This document shows, one piece after another, positions 1-8,195 of a stretch of DNA of 64,000 nt. Both the position numbers and the translations under genes were made by a program. The stretch covers positions 128,001-192,000 of the forward strand of contig CAVTRY010000018.1 of NCBI GenBank assembly GCA_963737265.1, read 5' to 3'. The stretch comes from an uncultured delta proteobacterium. Its GTDB lineage: Bacteria; Myxococcota_A; Polyangia; Fen-1088. The notes beneath the pieces are model-generated. The model had not been told where the DNA came from. It searched no databases and worked only from the letters and a program-made list of their open reading frames with translations. Within the stretch, counting starts at the first letter, position 1; each line of letters begins with the position of its first letter.

Positions 1-1255
1 CGATTTCGAGAGCGCCAAGGCTCCCCGTTTCCAGATTGAGTGGGTTGCGGACTCGCGGGCCCTCGTAGGTGCGGTCGCCCCCGAGCACATAGCCCACTGT
101 CGCGTGTCCTGCCGAGTTGGTCAGGGTGGTGTCGGCACCGCCCTTGTCCACGCCCTGGCGCTCACGGAGGTATTCTGCTTCGAGCCCGACCGGCCCGTAG
201 TAGTAGTAAAGCTGTGGGTTAATTCGCGTGTGCCTGTGGAGCGCGATGACCGTCTGGTTTGTGCTCGTTGTACTGGAAACGTAGCTGAAGATCGTATTCT
301 GTCCGACCGACTTGAGCGCTCCCAACCACGTCCCTGTCACTGCTCCGTTGGCGATCGCAGCGCTCCCCTGTTCGTTGCCAGTCTCGACTGCCAACCCGAC
401 GCCAAGACGCCCCAGCCAACGTAGAGACTGCGGTGCGAATGGCTGCACGAAGATACGTCCTGCGATGCTCTTGGCGTAGTCGCTGTCAACGTCGTTGAGA
501 GTCGAATCGGGGACACCGTTTAAAATGGCGGCTTCATAGCGAAGGATGCCAGCGGCCACATCGCCCCAAAGTTGGATGCCGACGTCACGCTGGGCAGATA
601 AATCCTGATCGAGAGCGCGTTCCGTGAAGACCATGTTGTTGTCCGACTGCAAGCGTTCAAGGCCTACGGGCGGCTTAAACTTGCCCGCGCGCAGCCTCAG
701 CCAGCGGCGCGGGTGTAGATCGATATAGGCATCGAAAAGCTGCAGGGTCCCTCCGGCGAAGTCGGGCGTAATTAGTGCGTCTGCGAGACCTAGCAGAGTG
801 ACTTCGATGGTCGGTCGTGCCCGGCGAATGAGGAAAGTGTCCGAATTTTGCAACGAACCGTCGCCGAAAAAACTACGGCCGTCGATCTGCAATTGGCCGT
901 GGATGCGCACTCTGAACTTCTGATCTGGGCTGCTGATGCCAAATCCAGCTTCTTCGGCGGAAACTGTCGAGGCTGTCTTCGCTCGCTCGGCCGCCGCCTG
1001 CTCGGCTAACTCTAGCCGGCTGAGTCTCGAAGTGGCACTCTCATCGCCCTGCTGCGAGCGGCCGTCCAAGCTGGGCGGGGGTTCCGGTTGTTGCGAAGAA
1101 GTGCCGCCAGATACCTGCGAAGACGTGGGCGGGTTGGCTTCTGCCTGATTGGGCGCATCGGATGCTTGCGCATGCGCCGTCGAGAAGAGGAATGCCAGCG
1201 CGAGGGCCCCACCAAGAATCGGACCATGGTTTCTAGTCGTTCTGTCCATAGACAT
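1..1255 (-). CDS. Phosphate-selective porin OprO/OprP family (runs off left edge)
   Basis: Not in the ORF track because it has no stop inside the window. Manual translation gives a signal peptide (GALALAFLFSTAHAQ), then RIHGQLQIDGR, FLIRRARP, DAYIDL, LRAGKFKPPVGLERLQS, FTERAL and RDVGIQLWG, typical of OprO/P porins. Confidence 0.85.
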   Translation of the reverse strand, partial: MSMDRTTRNHGPILGGALALAFLFSTAHAQASDAPNQAEANPPTSSQVSGGTSSQQPEPPPSLDGRSQQGDESATSRLSRLELAEQAAAERAKTASTVSAEEAGFGISSPDQKFRVRIHGQLQIDGRSFFGDGSLQNSDTFLIRRARPTIEVTLLGLADALITPDFAGGTLQLFDAYIDLHPRRWLRLRAGKFKPPVGLERLQSDNNMVFTERALDQDLSAQRDVGIQLWGDVAAGILRYEAAILNGVPDSTLNDVDSDYAKSIAGRIFVQPFAPQSLRWLGRLGVGLAVETGNEQGSAAIANGAVTGTWLGALKSVGQNTIFSYVSSTTSTNQTVIALHRHTRINPQLYYYYGPVGLEAEYLRERQGVDKGGADTTLTNSAGHATVGYVLGGDRTYEGPRVRNPLNLETGSLGALEI

Positions 1256-1494
1256 ATGTCCATGATACGAGACATCATCAAGATGGCAAGTGTCCAGGAG
1301 CCACCCGGACAGTTTGGCGTCCGCGTTCGGGCCAGTGAGAACGGCTGGATGCACTCATAGGTTGGTCCCGCTCCGCGTTTGCGATCTTCTCACTGGCTGC
1401 TCAAATGAGTGCCCGAGATATTCGCGAGTTGCGCTGGGCCATCTTTCTGGGCCACCTTGCGCCGGGGAGGAAATCGGCACATGGTTGGGGCACG

Positions 1495-2403
1495 AATGGA
1501 ACATCCGAAGGTCTTGAACCTGAGCAAGATGGGGATGATCGAGACGGCGCTGCTTTGGGCATTGGCGGCAGCAAGTTGCGGCGGGACTTCCGCCAACGCT
1601 CCGTCGCCGGCGACTGCTGCAAGCGCCTCCGATGTCGACGAGGTCGCAGCTGGTCTGACGGAGCACCACCGCCACCACCACCACGGCGGGGTCACGCTCC
1701 TCATCGCCTTGACCTCGACACGCTCGGCGTCTCGCCCGAACAGCGGCCGGCGGTGGAGAGAATTCAAAAGGAACTGCATGCTCGCATGGAGCCGGCGCGC
1801 GTCGCAGAACAGAAGTTGGCGGTCACGCTGGCCGATGGGGTTGCTGCCGGGAAGTTCAATGCGGCCGGGGTGGACGCTGCGGTGGCGCGAGTGACCGCTG
1901 CGGCCGGAACCGTGCACGATGCCTCCGCGGCTTTGCTGAACGAGTTGCATGCCGTCTTGACGCCAGCCGAGCGAGCTGCAGTCGTCGACAAGGTGGAAGC
2001 ACACTGGGCGGTCTGGCAGAAAGCGAATGCCGAAGAGGACGATCCTGTGAATCCAGAGCGTGGTCGACTCGCGATGCTGGCGACAGATCTTGGGCTGACG
2101 CAAAGCCAGGTGGACAAGATCCGGATGAGCATTGGAGAGGGGTTGAAGTCGGTGCCTCGGCTCAACCAGCAGGCCATCGCCACGCATCTTCGCGCATTTG
2201 GCGAGGCGTTCCGCGGCGAGAAGTTCGATGCGAAGGCGCTCACGGGTGCGAACAGCGCGAACGCGCAGCTAGCTGGCTGGGGCGCGGCCCAGCTGGCGCA
2301 TTTCATCGAGGCAGTTAGTCCCGTGCTCACCCCGGACCAGCGCGCCGAGTTTGCACAGAGGCTCCGCGAGCATTCGGCTCACAGCAACGGAGGGAACGAA
2401 TGA
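1495..2403 (+). pseudogene. Spy/CpxP-like periplasmic lipoprotein with His-rich motif, one frameshift near 1710
   Basis: N-terminus (LAAASC lipobox, EHHRHHHHGG) is in the 1409 frame. Helical repeats with LTPAER and LTPDQR (LTxxQ-like) are in the 1405 frame. One missing base at ctcatcgccttgacctcgac would join them; may be a sequencing error. Confidence 0.6.
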
Positions 2404-2738
2404 GCCTAGGCAACCAGAAAAGAATGGTTCGAAGGTTTGCATGCGCAGTCGGATTGAGCGCGACGCTCGCAGCCACCCCTGGCTGCGTTCCCATCATTGG
2501 CTACGACGACTACCCGCCCGACGCGTATATCGCCACAACCGCGCCTGTCTACTTCGAGGGGCGGCCCATGTACTGGTATGGCAATCGATGGAGCTATCGA
2601 GAAGGTGGTCGGTGGAATCACTACGACCGGGAGCCAGCGGGGCTCTACCAGCGTCGCATGCAAGGCCCGCCCGTGCGACACACCTACGAGCCGGCCCGCT
2701 CGCGTCCCGCCGCGGGCAGACCAGGCGGTCGACGCTGA
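2400..2738 (+). CDS. Small aromatic/Arg-rich hypothetical lipoprotein
   Basis: ATGA overlap with the upstream stop, signal ending TPGC, and a YFEGRPMYWYGNRWSYR segment. Confidence 0.6.
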   Translation: MSLGNQKRMVRRFACAVGLSATLAATPGCVPIIGYDDYPPDAYIATTAPVYFEGRPMYWYGNRWSYREGGRWNHYDREPAGLYQRRMQGPPVRHTYEPARSRPAAGRPGGRR

Positions 2739-2999
2739 ACGAGGACCAGCCGTTCCGAAGGTCGAGGAACGCCGCACCTTAGTTCCCGTTCACACTTAGG
2801 TTCGAAGCCATCGGCTGCCTCCGCGAAGAGAATCCGCTCCTGGATATCCGGCGCCAACAAGGTCAGGTCGGGGAGACCGATCGTCTCGGGGGAGACCTCA
2901 ATGCCGCTCTTGGCTCCAGACTCGACGTCACCGCTTGCCGCTGGTGCTGGGCGCCCCATTCGTTACCCTGACCACGCGGTCGAGCGCCGGCGACACGCC

Positions 3000-3677
3000 C
3001 TAATTCAAGACAGCTGACAGCGGGATGTCGATTCGTCCGAAGGACTGTTTGGTCGTCGCATCGACTAGGTCCGCTCGGAGCGTGAGAGCTTCGATGTCAC
3101 GTTTCGTCTTTGGAAAATAGACGAAGCCTGCAATCGTTCGCCCATCTGGCACCACGCCCTCCTTGATCGCCCAGTGGATCATCTCTCGAGTGGGCAGGCT
3201 TTCTTCCCAGTGAAGTTTAGGGCGGACGTAGTGCGCAAAGTCCGGCTCGAGTGAGGTGCCCCACCAAGGATCGTCAAGGCCAATCTCTGGGGGAGCGGCC
3301 GAGACAGGAATTTCAGCCTTGCCGGTTACCTTGGCGGGAGGCACAGCCATAAACCTCACCTGGCTGTCATGGGGGTCTTCCATGCGAAGAGCGCTGTAGC
3401 CAAGCCACAATGCCTTGCCGCTGTGATTTACAATCTTCATCCAGACAGGAAAGACATACTGGGACAGCGTCGCTGGATCCCCTCTCCACCGCTGTGCCTC
3501 CGCGACAACGCGAACGCCTCCGCTCTCGTCTGCCGCGGCCTGTCCAGAGCCTTGGCTTGCTTGCGCACCGGGCTCGGGCGTCATCTGCCCCTTGTGAGCG
3601 CATGCCGCCAACGAGAACATTATCGCCGTCAGCGCTGCGCGCAGCCGCGTTATCTCACTCCCTCTTTCATCCTTCAT
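3000..3677 (-). CDS. Hypothetical lipoprotein
   Basis: Lipobox LAAC followed by a globular domain with normal composition. Confidence 0.65.
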   Translation of the reverse strand: MKDERGSEITRLRAALTAIMFSLAACAHKGQMTPEPGAQASQGSGQAAADESGGVRVVAEAQRWRGDPATLSQYVFPVWMKIVNHSGKALWLGYSALRMEDPHDSQVRFMAVPPAKVTGKAEIPVSAAPPEIGLDDPWWGTSLEPDFAHYVRPKLHWEESLPTREMIHWAIKEGVVPDGRTIAGFVYFPKTKRDIEALTLRADLVDATTKQSFGRIDIPLSAVLN

Positions 3678-4424
3678 GACATCCTCCCTTCCGCCCAGTC
3701 GAAGACCGGATGCAATATCGATGTAACTGGTCTCTTTGTCGCTTGGCGGTTGGATGCTTCAAATTGCAGCAAAGGATCACCGCATGGCGATGCGTGGTCT
3801 TCGCTGTTCCTGCCACCAACTGCCCGAGATCGCTGACTCGGCTCGATGTCGCTGTCAGCAAGCGCCATTTGATAAGGCGAAACCTGGACGACCGTGGCAA
3901 CCAGTGGAGCGGGATGGCGATGTATGTAGATGAAGCGAGCAACCAGACCACCGGCTACAGCATCCATTTCAAGCATCCGGTTATCCTCACACCGTTTGGC
4001 AGGCCACCATCCGGATGCTTCGACATGCACTGGAGGCGAGAATTATGGCGACAAGACACGGAACCGCGTGCCGAGAGATTCTGAAGGGCGCCGTAGCCGC
4101 CGTTTTATTGGGTCACCTGGCGGGCTGCTTCCCCAGCGTCGGTGGAACGTGGCAGGACGGTGGACTAGATGCTCCGCCAATCGACACCACGGCATCAACA
4201 CTCGGCAACCTCCCGCACGACGGGAGAACCTCCGGCGAGAATCTGGGACGGTCGAGTCCAGCCGCCGAGCGAACGATGGTCCAAGCACCACGTTGACGCT
4301 AGATGCATGGCCCGCTGGCGGGCGCACGGCTGCCGCGACGAGCAGTGGGATCTACATTAGACCGGCATTTCCTCCGGCCCCGAAACTGGCTCGGCCGGGC
4401 GTGAAGGGGATTACTACTGCTATC

Positions 4425-4733
4425 ATGGTAGCCATGCGGTCATGTCTGTGCATCGTCTTCCTGGCGGTCTTCATGGCAGCCTCGCTGCCGACGCGCGCGG
4501 AAGGCGAGACGTTGCCGCAGATCCTCATCAAAGTCGGGGAAGTCTACCAGCTCCACCTCGGCTTCATCATCGTGGGATTGGTGTGCGACGACACATCGTT
4601 GGTGCGCATTGAGGACGGTGGCGATCATCTGCGCCTAGTGGGCTTGGCGCCAGGTCGGACCAAGTGCGGCTTCTGGAGCAAGGCTCAATCACCCACGCCC
4701 TCAAGGGTCTACGAAGTCGAGATCTCTCGATAG
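4425..4733 (+). CDS. Small secreted protein, Ig-like/pilus-assembly N-terminal-like
   Basis: Signal peptide ending TRA-E, then VCDD...LRLVGLAPGRTKCG. The start is placed within the longer 3930 ORF. Confidence 0.5.
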   Translation: MVAMRSCLCIVFLAVFMAASLPTRAEGETLPQILIKVGEVYQLHLGFIIVGLVCDDTSLVRIEDGGDHLRLVGLAPGRTKCGFWSKAQSPTPSRVYEVEISR

Positions 4734-4835
4734 CGAGACCCCGAAGTCGACGGGCAGGAGCCGATGGCCGAGAGGGCAGTGAGGGCGGCGGTGCGTGTGG
4801 AAGATTGGGCGCGCGGGCCGCGACTGGTCGCCCGG

Positions 4836-5714
4836 TCAGACGAGGAAGTCGAACATCTGCACCCGTGCGAGGTAGCCTTCAAGGTCGGCGGCGAACTGGT
4901 CGAGGAGGAGGTCGAGGACGAGGACAACGCGGTCTCCCTGGACGCGCAGAACGCGACCCGAAGCAGGGATCTCGGGGCCGGCGAGGACGAGGACGCCGGA
5001 GAGCTCTCCATTGGGCTCGGGGAGCGCGCCGTCGAGACGGAAGTTGACGTGCGTGCGCGAGAGCTCGACGACGGTGGCGATGCGGCCGTCGTCGAGGCGC
5101 AAGTAGGCGGCCAGGGCCGCGGGCGGCTCAACGCGATAGTTGGCGCGTCGGTTCTGTTGGATCAGGCCTTCCAGCGCGTCGTGGACGCGGCGTGAAATCG
5201 GCGAGTCTGGGCTCTCAAGGATGAAGTCGCGCAGGCCCTTCATCTTCTTCTGGGTGACGATGATGTGCTCGCGCATCTCCGCCGTGCGCCGCTGGTCGTG
5301 GGCGATCTTGTCGGCGGCAGAAGTGAGGAGGGCGCGGTAGAAGGCAAGACCAATAACGGGGTTCCGCGAGCAGAAGTCGTGCAGGCGAGCCGAATCGATG
5401 CGACGGAGGACAGTTGCTGGCCCGACGACAGCCCGGCAATGGCGGGCGAGGCCAGTCGTTGCGCCGAGCTCGCCGATGAGACAGGGCGGCTTAATGAGGT
5501 AGACCTCGCGCTCGTCCTGGCGGAGCGAGACCTCGCCGGCGGTGAGCAGGAAGAAGGCTCCTGCCGCCTCTCCCTGGGCGAAGAGGATTTCGCCATCGTT
5601 CGCGCCCACCGGCTCGAAAAGCTCTGTCAAGCGCTGGACCTCTTCGTCACTAAAACCACGGAAGAGGGGGATGCCACGCAGCTCGGCTGGGCGAATGCCA
5701 ATCTTCTGGATCAT
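4836..5714 (-). CDS. Cyclic nucleotide-binding domain protein with C-terminal PilZ-like domain
   Basis: LRGIPLFRGFS, GEILFAQGE and IGELG form the cNMP domain. C-terminal NRRANYRV and ELSRTH resemble PilZ motifs. Start trimmed to MIQKI. Confidence 0.75.
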   Translation of the reverse strand: MIQKIGIRPAELRGIPLFRGFSDEEVQRLTELFEPVGANDGEILFAQGEAAGAFFLLTAGEVSLRQDEREVYLIKPPCLIGELGATTGLARHCRAVVGPATVLRRIDSARLHDFCSRNPVIGLAFYRALLTSAADKIAHDQRRTAEMREHIIVTQKKMKGLRDFILESPDSPISRRVHDALEGLIQQNRRANYRVEPPAALAAYLRLDDGRIATVVELSRTHVNFRLDGALPEPNGELSGVLVLAGPEIPASGRVLRVQGDRVVLVLDLLLDQFAADLEGYLARVQMFDFLV

Positions 5715-5885
5715 AGAGAAGGAGCGTATCACGGCGCTGTTGCCGTCGCCGACATTGCCGCGAAGATCCCTATGTCGCCCACGCCCGCGCTCGCCGCGCC
5801 CGCGACGCCGGCATGCACGATCGTTCACGCCGGTGATACGATGCCTGTCGGCGGCCCACCCCAGGCCGCCATCCGAAGGAACCCG

Positions 5886-6924
5886 ATGCCCATCAAGAAG
5901 TCCGAGCTCTATTCCCGCCTCTGGCAGTCCTGCGACGAGTTGCGGGGCGGGATGGATGCCAGCGAGTACAAGAACTACATCCTGGTCCTGCTGTTCATCA
6001 AGTACGTCAGCGACAAGTTCGCGGGCCAGCCGTACGCCGAAATTATCCAGGACATCGAAGGCCACCTGCAAGGCGGCATCCCGGCGGCCGAAGTGGACGC
6101 CGAAAGCGCCATGGCGCCGTACTGGATGGTATGCCCGAGACTGAAGAAGGCGCTCTTTGAAGGGCAGCGCAAGGGCTACTTCGACCTGAAGGTCGCCAAG
6201 GCCGACATCAAGACCACCATCTACGAGCACCCCGAGTTCGCCGATTTCATCGCCCAGATGAACGCCCACTTTGCCGTGTGGAAGAAGAAGAGCACAGGCA
6301 TGCTCAAGGCGCTCAAGCCCGGCTTCCACCCCAAAGAGCTGATCGCCAAGCTGTCCGAAGGCCTGCTCGACCACTACGCCGACCGGCCGCTGGTCGATCC
6401 CTATGACATCTACCAGCACCTGATGGGCTACTGGGCGCAGACCATGCAGGACGATGCCTACCTGGTCGCCGACGAAGGGTCGGACGGTGGGTGGCACGCG
6501 GAAACAAGGTCAACGCGGCCAACGTGGCCAAGCGCCTGAAGGAAATCAAAGGCGACAAAGGCGCCGCCAGCGACAAGGATGCGAAGGCCGAAGCCGAGGC
6601 CCTAGAAGCCTGGCTGGAAGCGAACACCAAGGAAGTTGATCTCAAGAAGTGGACGCCGAGGCCAGCTTGGACGCCAAGGCCTACGCCCAGTATCCCAAGC
6701 TTGGTGAGGCCGACGTGAAATCCCTGGTGGTGGACGACAAGTGGATGGCCGCGCTGGAAGCCGTGATCCACGGCGAAACCGACCGAATCAGCCAGCAGCT
6801 CACCCAGCGGGTGAAAGAGCTGGCCGAACGCTACGAAACTCCTCTGCCCGACCTGAACAAGCGCGTGGCCGAGCTCGAGGCCAAGGTCAACCGACACCTT
6901 GCCCACATGGGGTTCCAGGCATGA
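5886..6924 (+). pseudogene. hsdM: Type I restriction-modification methyltransferase HsdM, internally deleted and frameshifted
   Basis: HsdM N-terminus MPIKKSELYSRLWQSCDELRGGMDASEYK jumps near 6045 to C-terminal sequence (DIEGHLQGGIP...YDIYQHLMGYW, LVVDDKWM...ELAERYETPL). No NPP[FY] or SAM-binding motif remains. Confidence 0.85.
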
Positions 6925-7964
6925 CAGACCTGATCGTTGGCCCTGACTACGCCGCCTGGCTGGTGGACCTGAAGTCGCGCATTCAGCGTGCGCGGACGCA
7001 GGCCGCCCTGGCCGTGAACCAAGAGCTGGTGCGTCTTTACCGCCACCTCGGCAGCGAGATCCTGGCCCGGCAGGACCGCCAAGGATGGGGCGCCAAGGTC
7101 ATCGATCGCCTGGCCGTGGACCTGCGCGCCGCCTTCCCCGACATGCGGGGCCTGTCCGCCTCGAACCTCAAATACATGAGGTTCTTCGCCGAGCTTTGCC
7201 CGGTGCTTCAAATTGGTCAGCAACCTGCTGACCAATTGCCCTGGTTCCACATCGTGACGCTTCTGACCAAGGTCACCGACCCTGACCAACGCGAATGGTA
7301 CGCCATCCGCGCCGTCGAACGTGCCTGGTCCCGCGCCGCCCTGCAAGCCAACATCAAGGCCCAGCTCCATCTGCGTGAAGGCGTGGCGGTGACTAATTTC
7401 GCCCAACGCCTGCCCGAGCCCCAAGTCCAGCTTGCCCAGGAGATTCTGAAAGATCCCTACCACTTCGATTTCCTGGGTCTTGGCGACGAGGCCCACGAAA
7501 GGGACATCGAGAGCGCCCTGGTCCGCCACATCACCCGCTTCCTGCTGGAGCTGGGGGCAGGGTTCGCCTTCGTCGGCCGCCAGCAGCGCATCGAAGTGAA
7601 CGGCGACGAGTTCTTCATCGACCTGCTCTTCTATCACGTACGCCTCAAGCGCTACGTGGTGGTGGAATTGAAGGCCGGAGCCTTCGCGCCCGAGCACGCG
7701 GGCCAACTGAATTTCTACCTGGCCGCCGTGGATGCGCAGCTCAAAGCCGCCGACGACAACCCCACCATCGGGCTTCTCCTGTGCAAGACCAAGAACCAAC
7801 TGGTCGCAGAGTACGCCCTTTCCGGCATCGCCAAGCCCATGGGCGTGGCCGAATACCAACTCCTGCGCGCCCTGCCCGAGCCATTGGACACCAGTCTGCC
7901 CACCGTCGAGGAATTGGAAGAAGAGCTGAACGCGGGCCTCACGGATGGAGGCAAAGATGAGTGA
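6921..7964 (+). CDS. YhcG/DUF1016 family PD-(D/E)XK nuclease
   Basis: GWGAKVIDRLAVDL, KDPYHFDFL, FLLELGAGFAFVGRQ, IDLLFYH, VVVELK and GQLNFYL are hallmark DUF1016 motifs; ATG overlaps the hsdM stop. Confidence 0.92.
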   Translation: MTDLIVGPDYAAWLVDLKSRIQRARTQAALAVNQELVRLYRHLGSEILARQDRQGWGAKVIDRLAVDLRAAFPDMRGLSASNLKYMRFFAELCPVLQIGQQPADQLPWFHIVTLLTKVTDPDQREWYAIRAVERAWSRAALQANIKAQLHLREGVAVTNFAQRLPEPQVQLAQEILKDPYHFDFLGLGDEAHERDIESALVRHITRFLLELGAGFAFVGRQQRIEVNGDEFFIDLLFYHVRLKRYVVVELKAGAFAPEHAGQLNFYLAAVDAQLKAADDNPTIGLLLCKTKNQLVAEYALSGIAKPMGVAEYQLLRALPEPLDTSLPTVEELEEELNAGLTDGGKDE

Positions 7965-7996
7965 GGTCAGACGTGGCTACAAGCAGACGGAGGTGG
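7957..7996 (+). pseudogene. Stub of type I specificity subunit HsdS (first ~13 codons)
   Basis: MSEVRRGYKQTEV overlaps the yhcG-like stop and matches the common HsdS start GYKQTEVGxIP; similarity ends abruptly. Confidence 0.55.
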
Positions 7997-8112
7997 CGAG
8001 CTTTGCGCCGGACGCGCCAATGGTCGACCTCGGGTCTTCGACCTGCACGCGGCGATCGGCCCGGCTTGGGCAATGGGCAATTTTGGCACTACATTGCTTG
8101 TTCTTGGAATTT

Positions 8113-8130
8113 CCGTAGCACAACCGTTGC
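8113..8130 (+). promoter_or_regulatory. Degenerate Pho-box-like 11-bp direct repeat
   Basis: CCGTAGC-ACAA-CCGTTGC, positionally homologous to the motif at 15354. Confidence 0.35.
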
Positions 8131-8195
8131 CAAACGTTATCGATTCGCCCGCGAGAACTTCTGTACGGTCACGGCCGACCAGTAAGGAGGTCCCC

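Noticed and set aside
3674-4360. Several short ORFs between the lipoprotein and the secreted protein
   Set aside because: No motif, RBS or composition support; left unannotated.
4836-6539. 553-aa and 424-aa overlapping ORFs taken at full length
   Set aside because: Each consists of a real gene (cNMP protein or hsdM) plus read-through into the antisense of the other; starts were trimmed.
8084-8098. Sigma-54 promoter TGGCAC...TTGC
   Set aside because: GG-to-GC spacing is 9 nt instead of the required 10, and the homologous site near 15325 lacks the GC.
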